NCBI GenBank assembly: GCA_902767015.1
Contig: CACXFV010000003.1
Span: forward strand, 873-64,872
DNA from: an uncultured Lachnospiraceae bacterium
GTDB lineage: Bacteria; Bacillota; Clostridia; Lachnospirales; Lachnospiraceae
Reading direction: 5' to 3'
DNA: 64,000 bases
Shown: positions 48,901 to 57,528 of the stretch, piece after piece
Layout: each line of letters starts with the position of its first letter
Numbering within the stretch: the stretch's first letter is position 1
Program-made: the position numbers and the translations under genes
Notes under the pieces: model-generated
Database searches by the model: none
What the model saw: the letters and a program-made list of their open reading frames with translations, nothing else
What the model was told of the DNA's origin: nothing

Positions 48901-50733
48901 CCACTGAAAATGTCCAAAATACGACGGACTTTCCACACCGTTTGACTTATAGTAATCACTTAGCACCATATTAAAGATTCTGTTTGGTGCATAAGTTCTG
49001 TTGGTATAATCGTATCCCGGTCTTCCCGTTCCCGGCTGATTGTCAGCTCCCTGTACTCTTCTGTCTAATCTGTCTAACTCAAGATCCGAATAATAATCAA
49101 AAAAGGTTGTCTTGACATATTTTGTACTTTCATTCCAAAGACTTTCCTCAGTTCCTGCATAATCTGCCGCATAATCAAGGGTTTCTTCCGCCTCATCAAA
49201 AACACTGCCTAACTCTGCCCAATAACCGCCTCTTCTTTGTCCTGCGGCATACACACTCTCTTCACCTGCATCTGCATAGAAGCAAGGCTGTGTCAATGTC
49301 AGCGAACTGATATCCAACATCTCGGTTCTCTGTCCGGAAGCCTGCGTACTGTCATCAGCACTTGCCATCTCATAATTAGAAAAAGCAATCTTTGTGTAAG
49401 CTACCGGCACCATGACGCGATATACGTTTGTATATTTGTGTTCTCCTTTGGTAATCGCCGGTACTTTTGTCATATTTCCCTTAATCGGTGATGTGCCATT
49501 TTCTTTGGTAGCATAGTATTTAATAACACCGCTTTTGCTCGGAATACTTCTGTCTCCTGACACATCACTGTAAGGAAGCTTTGACATTGTAGCATCAAAG
49601 TAAATGGTCTTTACACCACCGATATAATAAGTCCCTGTAACATCAGCTGTTCCCGAACCGTTAAGCGTCACATAATTATATGCCTCATTACACCACATAA
49701 AATTATATTTTTTACTGTCTTTGGTAAATGTGATAATGGTATCCTTTGTTATAGAAGGAATATCACACTGATATGTATCTGTATCTGCAATCGACAAATC
49801 AACACTCTGTCCCGGTACAGAGATACTATTCGTTCCGGTTGTCGGAAAATACATATTGTCAAAATATAAACTTCCTGACACTGTACCGGTCTGTGGCTGT
49901 GCTCCCCATGTACCGGTACCGGCATCTGTAGCTGTATCAATGACACTTCTGTAATAATAGGTATTTACCTCATCCGGTGTATAACCACCATCCAGAATCC
50001 AGATAACCTCCTCCTCTGCTATTCCGTTCACAATGAATTTCACACTGTCGTAGTCATACTCTTCCGGTATGGTGACTTTCCACTTTCGACTGTTGTCCTG
50101 TGCCAATACCTGTTCTCCACTGTTCACGCTGCTGTCCGATACATAAAAGACTGCCTTAACACCGGTAATACTTTTATTCTCATCCATGTTATAGAAATAC
50201 ATCATTGAGCCACCGACGGAAGACTTCCACTGGTCACTAAATGTCACATTATTATCCCAATTATTAACAACGATGACATTGCCGCCTGCACTTACAATAT
50301 CACTATAGTGATAGCTGCTGTTCGCTATATTCCATAACAATTCATTTTTATCCCATTGATCTGCCCTCTCACTATCACTAAGGCCAGGTTTAAATCTCTT
50401 TAAGGCAAATCCCGCCGAATTCTTAATATTCTCCGTTACCTTTAATCTGACATAATCACTATCCACCGTGTCAAATTTTACAAGGGTATGATTACTGCCG
50501 CTATCCCAATAATCCATGTAAATGTCTGCACTACCATCCTGCCAGTTTCCTCCCGAAAATGCAGTCTTCAAATAAAGGTATTTGCCGACGTCTAATCCTG
50601 CTGCCTGCACCTTTACCCTTTTTTTGAATACCCCTGCAATACTCATTCCTTGTATAAGCCCTATTGTCATACAGACCACAAGTATCCATGACAAAAGTCT
50701 CTTATACCGTAGTTTTTCCCATTTTGCCTTCAT
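39976..50733 (-). CDS. Giant (~3,585 aa) cell-surface protein: signal peptide, aromatic-rich beta modules, fibro-slime domain, Ig/Cna-B-like domain, 20 repeat modules, Pro/Thr linker, sortase-type anchor
   Basis: RBS GGGAGG before the ATG at 50733; FSGDDDIWIFIDGNLVLDMGGSHG fibro-slime motif at ~48239-48321; repeats at 40264-46977; C-terminal VKTGD + TM helix + RKK tail. Confidence 0.88.
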   Translation of the reverse strand: MKAKWEKLRYKRLLSWILVVCMTIGLIQGMSIAGVFKKRVKVQAAGLDVGKYLYLKTAFSGGNWQDGSADIYMDYWDSGSNHTLVKFDTVDSDYVRLKVTENIKNSAGFALKRFKPGLSDSERADQWDKNELLWNIANSSYHYSDIVSAGGNVIVVNNWDNNVTFSDQWKSSVGGSMMYFYNMDENKSITGVKAVFYVSDSSVNSGEQVLAQDNSRKWKVTIPEEYDYDSVKFIVNGIAEEEVIWILDGGYTPDEVNTYYYRSVIDTATDAGTGTWGAQPQTGTVSGSLYFDNMYFPTTGTNSISVPGQSVDLSIADTDTYQCDIPSITKDTIITFTKDSKKYNFMWCNEAYNYVTLNGSGTADVTGTYYIGGVKTIYFDATMSKLPYSDVSGDRSIPSKSGVIKYYATKENGTSPIKGNMTKVPAITKGEHKYTNVYRVMVPVAYTKIAFSNYEMASADDSTQASGQRTEMLDISSLTLTQPCFYADAGEESVYAAGQRRGGYWAELGSVFDEAEETLDYAADYAGTEESLWNESTKYVKTTFFDYYSDLELDRLDRRVQGADNQPGTGRPGYDYTNRTYAPNRIFNMVLSDYYKSNGVESPSYFGHFQWETNSEGTYFNTIAPDLNLYSYDGNQSNSKFLYTNNSDYRENAQKGDADVATQGLIYDKLDSNGNLQVKEGVVAPYFDKDFVTGNNTYNVAVGKVYEDVTFPFTKNNEDYWVFNSKDTTLRMTKDSESHYFMRNVGTGNEVKGYTNGAPTASGNFFPFNDHAQSGVINKLDYGFGMKMDIDFSLTSNGKIGSTPIIFSFSGDDDIWIFIDGNLVLDMGGSHGEVDGNLNFATKTAHVSKIKTPTGASIATGDIDKNFAEAIDDSKELHTLTIFYMERGLWESNMSISFNFPEMNLFKVDKKVDTTNVNEAITENTKVASNLNQLEFDFGISNLVTAGGARTVEEMNTYLATIGFDIDHTRLSDYGSYAVSNAQFKPVTGATYSVGDTSKTVAAGAITLKNNEQAEFTNMFRRGSYLSVTEQSGAMLKTLSGDSSFDITDLFDTTWKINGYDDNEKNNGTGITPKDERSAETFDTVTNGIADGYLDGKDTILYRNYVNGKSKVTPVDIGVSYTNRFKTGSIIIKKEQAAGSELSASQEYTFTVTLNNIAGLHLEETINADYSHTDNQTISLGTYTLKKGEQKVITGIPLGTEYTIVEAVPTDSSSLASVTGGTTVTLGERKVTGVVKTADADNTLTFYNTIPAYKVVYFTEIAETDYVADANHKKVQVGEKAGVAVYKYFVKADDALAATYTASAKAGSIISYDSAARADLSGGIKLKKPAGEEASVAATYKTITGYQYNPVTTQKAGQYTDTVAADKVAEVDLFYELTSYKEKYYVEADDQTATVTPGDDTYIQIGEVIYEKDSATETTKELQLINASKTVTDLSATTYQAYTLLTMTGENATKYPATANIAADGSTVLYQIYAKAGYGVEYFVEVEKEDYDNAQAGTVKDNVGGKYFVRKEYVIKTGDGGKTYEYDYITSGTDQGKAGAKQGATKIDDTYKSYVNYEFNDATTKNAHNGTTKSVVAATGTPPMIKLYYEKIPADYEVNYYVEINQSEYDSASASQKAAIKVVSDAQDSNMKYFKFETKLNESGNVGDTIAVPNGASPQVNLKKFDQAATAKVAGTDKAFTNYQYSKDYTVYAGSNMATLTNDETVHVDLYYVKIPTTYTVKHYVEVEESEYNTLSGQGKDVRTQSGRFFKLQDSIAEQPAYVGDTLSYATGTAVATQNKAGVSLTTFDTAKKTENTATFKSYAAQYYQYNKTITDSDTANSTAVVQDKAQNEVRLYHEKLRNRYTERYYTESDDQTSPVTPDGKTRIKIGDIIYEWKVDYPVDVPKESDTATVTDRKEDYPGYQPIDDQTPAYPKTDTVEEDGSTIVYQILGKAKYRVEYYLEVDETTYHTEMTGGSTVKAVAGKYFVLDADNTRLGLGSSGDALTYDYKTATSGVTEAGAKLKGVEIAETYQSYADRYYQFNNTTTNTNGLTSATLKSGSEAVIQLFYEKIPADYIVNYYVEIDEAAYQLKNSKGEPVSKVTLADNTNRCFVKEASVGPTTENAGDEVAYTTSGIGSATKAGVTLKKYGKTEAVTVEATLKAFSNYIYSDDVTKAATDNKAAITLKEGDTVHADLYYVKQPAIYLVEYWLETDQATYDATTDDTVKRKVSGKYFIKHTESYSGTANAGDVIEYASRVSATTNETEAGVTLEAFDKEKTGLPKTIVADSYKAFANYVYKADTTKSAGDYQATVKAGTTAPAVVRLFYEKIPASYTEEYYIETDEDEGTDTIEIGGKIYKKQESNTINDQVAGTPVEVTDKHDKAPYDSYVLIEGVSEYPPTGIVKKDGSTVVYQIYGKNPAKYTVEYYVQVDRAVYDNTAEEDRSEADGKYFVRKTGDTVVNSANVGDKIRYTTKEDKAGIELTTFDTDKTLTADNTLKSYDDYTFSVTSTQAAQKYEDTVVKGDTALVKLYFEKLKASYTEKYYIEVDKKGDTENPDDYIEDGGKIYKKNDSRVVTNTEVGKNVTIVDKQTEEPYNKFKLVTITGYPDTEVVAKDNSTVVYQIYAKNPANYTVEYYLETDQTSYDNASGTDRDMINDKYFVKRDFITKSANVSDVVTYSKLSEVEAGVTIRAADKDNEAKVLDSFKSYETENYQFDLTSTRAAEHYSTIVNKEGTAFVRLYYDKVKVPYTEKYYIQVESKETTGDYIEKDGKLYKLEDSNTVDDQEVGRKVTVTDKQTEQPYVDYKLTTVEGYPVTDNVRKDGQTVVYQIYEMVPTYTVEYYTETDKETYDKKTANDRNIVNGKYFIKASEDVVNKAAIGNAVKYAAADTKTAGVTLNGIAVDGNAIAGTVTNNTYQSFVGYEFSEEDTKSAAKAEITVKFRDNLVQLYYVKPVVPVVTADYTVRYYKQVSEGAYQKAAENDRVKVGDKFFIKAAEPVVNRAEENDKIKYNMTDAETAGVTRNNIKVTGEGVNDTYQSFDGYVFDESVTVAQGYSEASVKADGSSVIDLYYVKATAAYEVEYWLQVDKDTYDSASGAKNTINGKYFVREDKETVEGMANVGDVITCSTRKNTSDVTEAGITLTQADTDDSVAVDNTFKAFEEYDFKLSTTVAANKVTDTVNEETKAVVRLYYEKQLTYYTEEYYLEVFEQEDTGEYITVPTDKGTKIYRKNESNVVKDQELGKKVTITDKQQEEPYTNYKLIQITGYPDTDTVLKDGSTIVYQIYERKPVYTVEYYVEVDEGTYNKTDENERDKVDDKYFIKKEMVVKTAEVNDEIKYDYTDDDSDDKTKAGITITGNDGTKTVDDTYRSYENYEFKPGTTEDARSYEDTINLDKNAKVKLYYESVITLYTEKYYIQLDDEEAKDVTVDGENYIELTINGKTKIFKKQEQEQVDNQKAGWTADVESKEGEGVYSDYELVKTTVDGYPATDTIMQDGSTVVYQIYVRKAIPEEPVTPEPTTPEEPTTSEPIVPEEPVTAVIVAPEEPTTVVIAAPETTQPTTTKRTTSTVKTGDSVNSMILLMIFLSASIVTAVVLNRKKEQEP

Positions 50734-50809
50734 ACACTTACCTCCCGATGTTTTATTATATGGGTTCATACCTATTATTTATTACTTTATCACAAGTGAA
50801 ATTTATTCT

Positions 50810-50838
50810 ATTTTACCAAAAAATCAGCTACATTTCAA
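50810..50838 (-). promoter_or_regulatory. Sigma-A promoter for the giant surface protein gene
   Basis: Minus strand TTGAAA-N17-TAAAAT with an extended -10 TG. Confidence 0.6.
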
Positions 50839-51032
50839 CGACCATTGTTCATTTTTACAACTTTTAACACTTTCTCAATAATTAGTTATTATATTTTTTA
50901 CGATTAATACTACTATATTTCCACTTCAGGACAACATTCTGCCTGATTTTTATTTCTTCTTTTATCCTCTTTTCGACTGTCAGGCTAAACTATTATTCAT
51001 TTTTCCACAAAAGAAGAAAGCAACACAAAAAA

Positions 51033-51080
51033 AATACTTCTAAACAACAGATAAATGCCATCTGTCTGTTTAGAAGTATT
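51033..51080. terminator. Terminator hairpin after the GH13 gene
   Basis: AATACTTCTAAAC..ACAGAT-loop-ATCTGT..GTTTAGAAGTATT, with an A tract on its left (U tract on the minus strand). Confidence 0.7.
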
Positions 51081-51092
51081 GGATTCAGCCTT

Positions 51093-53198
51093 TCAGATTA
51101 CCTTCCTGTAAATCGCCGCACCAAAAGCCGGAATACTGACAATCAACTTGCCATTCTCTATCTCTCGCTTCATTCTGCCGACATTATAGGAATCTCTTGA
51201 AGAAGTCAACAGATTCTCCACCACATCACCGCTCTCAAGCCCCAGCGACCACACCGGAACACTGATTTCCTTTTCATAATCATTATTATTGATAATGACT
51301 ACGATGACATTTTCCTCCAAAAATCTGCCATAGCCCAGAACATTATATTCGCCATGCAGGGCTTTAAAGGAGCCCCGCTTAAGTGCCTTGTTTTTCTTGT
51401 GTATACCAATGGCTTCCCTGTGAAACTCAATGAGTTCCGTATCCTCTCTTCCCCAAGGATACGTTCTTCTGTTATCCGGATCTGTCCAACCACATAGACC
51501 TGCCTCATCGCCGTAATACAACGTAGGAGCCCCCGGCCATGTCATCTGCATAATCACGGCCTCCTTCATGATTCCTTTATTAATATACATCTCAGCTGCC
51601 TGCGGTCCGGCAAAAGCAACACGTCCTACATTGCCATTGGTCCTTGTCATAAATCTGGAATGGTCATGATTGGACAGCTCATTCATCGCAACCAGCAGGG
51701 AATTTCCCTGAAACCTGGACATATGATGCCTCATGGAAGCAAAGAACGAATAGGAGTCGCCTCGCAGATCATCGCGTTTTTCATCACTGTGCTTCTCCAT
51801 TCCCGTTAAGAACCATGTGATTGGCTCCATAAAAGCATCATAGTTCATGACAGTATCCCATTCATCGCCCTGCAGCCATGCCCCCGGATCGCCATAATGC
51901 TCTGCCAGAATGATTGCCTCGGGATTCGCTTCCTTGACAGTCTTACGGAAATCCTTCCAAAACTTGTGATTAAACTCTCCACTCTGGCCCAAATCTGCCG
52001 CAACATCCAGTCGCCATCCATCGACATTATATGGTGCCGAAACCCATTTCTTCGCCACCTTCATAATATATTCATAAAGCTTCTCTGATTCTTCATAATT
52101 CAACTTAGGAAGTGTATCATGTCCCCACCATCCATTATATCTGTAATTGTAAGGCCATGCCTCCTCAAAAAACTTAAAGAATGTACGATACGGACTATCC
52201 GCAGAAATATAGGCACCCTTCTCATACCCTTCCTGATTCTCGTAAATCTGTTCTTTATCAAGCCACTTATTAAAAGAACCGCAGTGATTGAATACCCCAT
52301 CCAAAATCACCTTCATGCCTCTTGCGTGAACCTCTGCCACAAAATCTGCAAAAAAACGGTTGGTTGCTTCAAGATTCTCTAAGTCGGTAACTCTTGTGAT
52401 ATATCTGGAAGCGTTCTTATTGGCATAATCCCCCTCCTTAAGCAGTTCACCTTCATCCTTTACAATCTTTCCCAAATGCGGATCAATATAATCATAATCC
52501 TGAATATCATACTTATGATTAGAAGGCGACACAAAAAGAGGGTTAAAATAGATGACCTCCACACCAAGCTGCTGCAGGTAATCAAGCTTATCCCACACAC
52601 CCTGAATGTCACCGCCATAAAATTCACGGACACCCATAGCAGCCGGGTACTTATACCAGTCATCAACCTTAACCGAATAATCACCTATATAGCTATATTC
52701 ACGCGTCTCCACATCATTTGACTTGTCACCATTATAAAATCTGTCCGTATAAATCTGATACATAACGGCACCCTTCGCCCAATCAGGTGTCTTAAAGCCG
52801 GGTGTAATAGTGAAATTATACCAACCGGTTATATTATCGCAGGAACCTGTCTTATCATAATAGCAGGTCTCCACACCGCTGTTCACTTTAAAATAATAAT
52901 GTACCTGCTCATCTGTCAGCTTATATACATATTCATAATAATCAAATATATTATCCTTTCCGACCCACTTCATCTCATACATATTATCCGAGATACAGAC
53001 ATAGACAGCCTCCGCGTTGGCAATTCCGGTTCTGAACCGTATGAGAACTTCTTCTCCCTCCATCGGCTCTGCCGGAACTCTGAAGTTCTCCGTCTCATCG
53101 CTGAATAATGCATCTCTGTTCACAATCGGATGCATATTCTGAATATATAACATTTTTTTCGCATTCTCACTCAAATTCGCTAAATTTAAATTCATCAT
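51093..53198 (-). CDS. GH13 alpha-amylase family enzyme (neopullulanase/cyclomaltodextrinase-like, N-terminal Ig-like domain); no signal peptide seen
   Basis: YQIYTDRF, FYGGDIQG, VILDGVFNH, DGWRLDVA, ILAEHY and SNHDH catalytic regions. Confidence 0.92.
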   Translation of the reverse strand: MMNLNLANLSENAKKMLYIQNMHPIVNRDALFSDETENFRVPAEPMEGEEVLIRFRTGIANAEAVYVCISDNMYEMKWVGKDNIFDYYEYVYKLTDEQVHYYFKVNSGVETCYYDKTGSCDNITGWYNFTITPGFKTPDWAKGAVMYQIYTDRFYNGDKSNDVETREYSYIGDYSVKVDDWYKYPAAMGVREFYGGDIQGVWDKLDYLQQLGVEVIYFNPLFVSPSNHKYDIQDYDYIDPHLGKIVKDEGELLKEGDYANKNASRYITRVTDLENLEATNRFFADFVAEVHARGMKVILDGVFNHCGSFNKWLDKEQIYENQEGYEKGAYISADSPYRTFFKFFEEAWPYNYRYNGWWGHDTLPKLNYEESEKLYEYIMKVAKKWVSAPYNVDGWRLDVAADLGQSGEFNHKFWKDFRKTVKEANPEAIILAEHYGDPGAWLQGDEWDTVMNYDAFMEPITWFLTGMEKHSDEKRDDLRGDSYSFFASMRHHMSRFQGNSLLVAMNELSNHDHSRFMTRTNGNVGRVAFAGPQAAEMYINKGIMKEAVIMQMTWPGAPTLYYGDEAGLCGWTDPDNRRTYPWGREDTELIEFHREAIGIHKKNKALKRGSFKALHGEYNVLGYGRFLEENVIVVIINNNDYEKEISVPVWSLGLESGDVVENLLTSSRDSYNVGRMKREIENGKLIVSIPAFGAAIYRKVI

Positions 53199-53310
53199 TA
53201 CTCTCCAGCCTTCATTTGTTATCTATTATATGATTTTATTATAATTAATCAACAATTGCAATAACATATTTTTACAAATATGCTAATCAATGTTATTATT
53301 CACAGATATG

Positions 53311-53405
53311 TTAAAAGGACAGCCAGAGGCTGTCCTTTTAGGAGAAGGTATTTCGTTTTTATGGGGTGTAGCAAAAACTATATAATGTATTGGGGGGGTT
53401 ACGAT
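53311..53405 (-). ncRNA. Candidate ~95-nt C-rich small RNA
   Basis: Extended -10 TGTTATACT (53418-53410); C7, ACCCC and CCTTCTCC motifs; terminator AAAAGGACAGCC-TCT-GGCTGTCCTTTT (53339-53313). Confidence 0.5.
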
Positions 53406-53597
53406 GTATAGTATAACATCAGTATGCATAAAAGTGTGCACAAATTTTACAATTTTTTATATCCATTTTTGTGCAATTTCACAATCATCTTTTATCCCTC
53501 TTATTATACCGCCATGATTTTCAACAATTTTTTTGCCTGATACCTTCATTTTTATTTTTTAGCATCGTTGCCACAACATACCCTATCCGGTCTCCTA

Positions 53598-55430
53598 TTA
53601 TAACAATCCATCCAGTACGATTTCTCTGCCCTCAAACAATGCCTCAAATTCCTCACGGTTGATTTTTTCCTTTTCTATCAGCAATTTCGCTGACTTATAC
53701 AGGATATCTTTGTATTCCACGATAATTCGCTTCGCCTTAGCATAGCACTCGTCAACAATTCTCTTAACTTCCTGATCAATGGCACTTGCTGTATTATCAG
53801 CATATCCCCTTGAATGCGCGAGATCTCTTCCGATAAATACCTCATCATCATCATCGCCATAGCAGATAAGTCCCATTGAATCAGACATACCATACTTCGT
53901 AACCATATTCTTAGCCTTTGCGGTGGCCTGCTTAATATCCTGAGAAGCGCCGGATGTGATATCGTCAAGCACAAGCTCCTCTGCGATACGTCCGCCAAGT
54001 GAAACCATAATATCCTGCAGCATCTTACCTTTTGTCTCGAACATCTCATCTTCTCCCGGAAGCGGCATTGTATAACCTGCCGCACCACTTCCCGTAGGAA
54101 TGGCCGATATAATGTGCACTGGTCCTACATCTGGAAGAACATGGAATAATATCGCATGTCCCGATTCGTGAAACGCTGTAATCCTCTTTTCCTTTTCAGA
54201 AATAATCCTACTCTTCTTCTCTGTTCCGATTCCCATTTTAATAAAGGAACGGTTGATATCTTCCTGACAAATGAACTTTCTGTCGTTCTTCGCCGCATAA
54301 ATAGCAGCCTCATTCATAAGATTTTCAAGGTCTGCACCGGTAAAGCCGGTGGTTGTTCTTGCAACGCTTTCGAGATCAACATCATCTCCGAGGGGCTTAT
54401 TCTTAACGTGTACAGCAATAATCTCCCGGCGTCCCCGTATGTCAGGTCTTCCTACACCAATCCTCCTGTCGAAACGTCCCGGTCGCAAAATAGCCGGGTC
54501 AAGAATATCTACTCTGTTGGTGGCCGCAATCACAATAATGCCTTCATTGACACTAAATCCGTCCATTTCCACCAATAACTGGTTAAGTGTCTGCTCTCTC
54601 TCATCATGGCCGCCGCCCATACCTGTACCTCGTCTTCTGGCAACAGCATCAATCTCATCGATAAATACAATACACGGTGCATTCTTTTTCGCCTCCGCAA
54701 ATAAATCTCTTACCCTGGAAGCACCAACACCTACAAACATCTCAACAAAATCAGAACCCGATATACTGAAAAACGGAACGCCCGCCTCGCCGGCAACAGC
54801 CTTGGCAAGCAATGTCTTACCTGTACCCGGAGGTCCCGTAAGAATGACACCTTTAGGGATTCTGGCCCCCAAATCAAGATATTTTTTAGGCTCTTTAAGG
54901 AAATCCACAATCTCGTCAAATTCTTCCTTTTCCTCATGTAAACCTGCCACATTTTCAAATCTTACCTTTTTATTCATATCTGTAGCAAGTCTTGCATGAC
55001 TCTTGCCAAAATTCATCATTCTTCCGCCACCACCGCCGCCTGTCTGTGATGAAATAATAGAAATAAACACTATCACTATCACAACCATGGCAATGTATGG
55101 CAACACTACCAAAAGGATATTTTCCTTCTTGACCTTCTTCATCTCATAGGATACACCAAGTTCAATCAGCCTTTCTTCCGTATCCGCCGCACTCGCCACA
55201 TTGATACTGTGCTTGTCTCCATTGTTAAGCTTAACCACCAGCTTTCCGGTAGGCACCTCCCGATTCTGGTATATGGTAACGCTCTTAACATCGTCATCCT
55301 TGTAATCTTCTAAAAAATCACTATAGGTGTAACTATCACTTCTTGCACTGTGGGCAATCGCATAGTATATGCCAAGCACCACCAGCAGTAGGATAATCAC
55401 ATAGATTCCTATTCCTCTTGCCTGCTTCAT
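53598..55430 (-). CDS. ftsH: ATP-dependent zinc metalloprotease FtsH
   Basis: Two TM helices, [24 protein letters not shown] and the HESGH zinc motif. Confidence 0.97.
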   Translation of the reverse strand: MKQARGIGIYVIILLLVVLGIYYAIAHSARSDSYTYSDFLEDYKDDDVKSVTIYQNREVPTGKLVVKLNNGDKHSINVASAADTEERLIELGVSYEMKKVKKENILLVVLPYIAMVVIVIVFISIISSQTGGGGGGRMMNFGKSHARLATDMNKKVRFENVAGLHEEKEEFDEIVDFLKEPKKYLDLGARIPKGVILTGPPGTGKTLLAKAVAGEAGVPFFSISGSDFVEMFVGVGASRVRDLFAEAKKNAPCIVFIDEIDAVARRRGTGMGGGHDEREQTLNQLLVEMDGFSVNEGIIVIAATNRVDILDPAILRPGRFDRRIGVGRPDIRGRREIIAVHVKNKPLGDDVDLESVARTTTGFTGADLENLMNEAAIYAAKNDRKFICQEDINRSFIKMGIGTEKKSRIISEKEKRITAFHESGHAILFHVLPDVGPVHIISAIPTGSGAAGYTMPLPGEDEMFETKGKMLQDIMVSLGGRIAEELVLDDITSGASQDIKQATAKAKNMVTKYGMSDSMGLICYGDDDDEVFIGRDLAHSRGYADNTASAIDQEVKRIVDECYAKAKRIIVEYKDILYKSAKLLIEKEKINREEFEALFEGREIVLDGLL

Positions 55431-55449
55431 TCTTCCTTAAAGCCTCCTT

Positions 55450-55974
55450 TCATTCTACCACTGCTATGTATGGAAGATTTCTGTATTTTTGGTCATAATC
55501 AAGACCATATCCTACTATAAACTTGTTAGGAACAGTAAAACCTGTGTAGTCAGCAAAAACCTCTGCCACTCTTCCCGCCGGCTTATCAAGCAATGTACAT
55601 ATCTCCAAATTTGCCGGCTTTCTATCCAGTAAAAGCTCGTATAGCTTTTTAAGCGTTCTTCCTGAATCAATAATATCTTCAACGATTATCACATTCTTAT
55701 CTGCTATCGTTTCGTCTAAGTCCTTAATAATGTTAACCTCACCACTACTCTGTGTTCCTCCGCCGTAGCTGGAGACCACCATAAAATCCATCGTGACATC
55801 GCAGGTTATTCTCTTGGCAAGCTCACACATAAAAAATACACCGCCTTTTAGCACACAGATCAAATGAACCTGTTTTCCTTCATACCGCTTACTAATCTGT
55901 TCTCCTATCTGCCGGATTCTCTGTGCCAACTCACTTTCGCCAATCAATTGTTTGATTTCTATCTCGTTATGCAT
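55450..55974 (-). CDS. hpt: Hypoxanthine phosphoribosyltransferase
   Basis: VLKGG, IIVEDIIDSGRTL, LLDK, FIVGYGLDY. Confidence 0.96.
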   Translation of the reverse strand: MHNEIEIKQLIGESELAQRIRQIGEQISKRYEGKQVHLICVLKGGVFFMCELAKRITCDVTMDFMVVSSYGGGTQSSGEVNIIKDLDETIADKNVIIVEDIIDSGRTLKKLYELLLDRKPANLEICTLLDKPAGRVAEVFADYTGFTVPNKFIVGYGLDYDQKYRNLPYIAVVE

Positions 55975-57421
55975 TCTGCCTCCCTTTGCACACAGTGCTT
56001 ACCATCATAACCCTTACGGTATCCTTCGACACTTTATAATACTCACTAACTCTGTACCCATACACCCACATGATGTGGCTTCCATCCGCCAGACAGGGTA
56101 TCAGGTCTCTCTTCGCAGCCGGAAGCTTCTCATCAATAAAATAGGACTTCAGCTTCTTTCTGTCTCCCTGTTCGTTAATCACAAGATAATCACCTGTTTT
56201 TCTTGTCCGTAACAATGCAACATCGTTTATTTTATCATAATCAAAGCATTTCGTATACATTTTTTGTGGATTTTTTAAATAATTTTCTGAAAATTTTATA
56301 TTTTCTTCTCTGTTTTTTAGTTCGATTATGTCGACTTCAAATGTGATATCGTCCCATTGATACGTACCCTTGCCTGCTATATATATTAATTCATTCCGTA
56401 CACTTTTACTCTGCCTGCTCTGATGCTGTGCATCCTTTCTGTCAAATACCATCTTTTCATACTCATTTCTGATGACAATACCATAGGGAAGCATAATATA
56501 GCTTCCTGTCTGTTTATAGGTTAGCTTTACAATATCCTCAATGTGCCTTCTGGTGATATCCTTAAGCCCCCCTGCCATTTTCTCTACTGCCAGGCGTGCA
56601 AGGCGCTTCTGCATGAACTGACCTGTATCGGCAAATTCCTTTCTGTTCACACAGAGTCCGCTCTCCCATTCCCGAAACAGCTTGCCGAATAATTCCGACA
56701 CCCATCCGTTAAGATAATCATCTGCCTCCCGTATATCAGCAGCCACCTCGGCAATATGCGTTACCGCCCCTGCATTGATATACTCTGTCAGATACGGCAG
56801 TACCTTATTTCTTATTCTATTACGTGTATACTCATCACCGAAATTAGTAGAATCATTAATATAGGTGATATCTCTGCTCATAAGATACTGTTCAATTTCC
56901 GTTCTGGACAAACATAGCACCGGTCGTACAATATGCCCGTTTACCGGACTGATGCCTGCCAGCCCCTTCAGGCTGGTTCCCCTGCACAGATGATGCAGAA
57001 AAGTCTCCACGCAATCCTGCAAATTGTGTGCAACGGCAATCTTCGCCTCTCCTCCCCTGTTTCTTCTGATATCCTCGAAAATACTGTACCTTATCCATCT
57101 CCCTGCTTCTTCTTCTGACAAACCTTTTTCTCTCGCATACCGGGGAATATCCCGTCGCTGTACAATAAATTCGATGCCTCTCTCACTGCACAGCTGACAG
57201 GCGAATTGTTCATCGCGTTGCGCCTCTGCTCCCCTGATTCCATGATTAATATGTACCCCCACAATATCTAAATCAAATTTTTCTTCCTCCTTTAGTCTGC
57301 ATAGCATATCCAGCAGACAAACAGAATCAGCGCCACCGGACAAACCCACAATGACGCTATCATTCTTACTGATCATATTATGATCCTTTATGTACGCTTT
57401 TACCTTCTCAAACTCAGACAT
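55967..57421 (-). CDS. tilS: tRNA(Ile)-lysidine synthetase TilS
   Basis: GLSGGADSVCLL, VHINHGIR, R..RY, AHN, RNRIR and C-terminal TilS domain. Confidence 0.96.
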   Translation of the reverse strand: MSEFEKVKAYIKDHNMISKNDSVIVGLSGGADSVCLLDMLCRLKEEEKFDLDIVGVHINHGIRGAEAQRDEQFACQLCSERGIEFIVQRRDIPRYAREKGLSEEEAGRWIRYSIFEDIRRNRGGEAKIAVAHNLQDCVETFLHHLCRGTSLKGLAGISPVNGHIVRPVLCLSRTEIEQYLMSRDITYINDSTNFGDEYTRNRIRNKVLPYLTEYINAGAVTHIAEVAADIREADDYLNGWVSELFGKLFREWESGLCVNRKEFADTGQFMQKRLARLAVEKMAGGLKDITRRHIEDIVKLTYKQTGSYIMLPYGIVIRNEYEKMVFDRKDAQHQSRQSKSVRNELIYIAGKGTYQWDDITFEVDIIELKNREENIKFSENYLKNPQKMYTKCFDYDKINDVALLRTRKTGDYLVINEQGDRKKLKSYFIDEKLPAAKRDLIPCLADGSHIMWVYGYRVSEYYKVSKDTVRVMMVSTVCKGRQNA

Positions 57422-57528
57422 ATGTACCTCTTGTTTTGTATTTTTTTATCATGTGATAATGTTACTTTAGTTTTTAAAAAATATCAACTGCTTTTGTAAT
57501 TGCTACGTTGCATTGCTATGCTGTACTG

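Noticed and set aside
53361-53411. + strand 16-aa ORF MGCSKNYIMYWGGYDV with an AGGAGAAGG RBS
   Set aside because: It lies just downstream of a hairpin that would also terminate + strand transcription and has no + strand promoter; the minus-strand sRNA reading explains the G/C tracts better.
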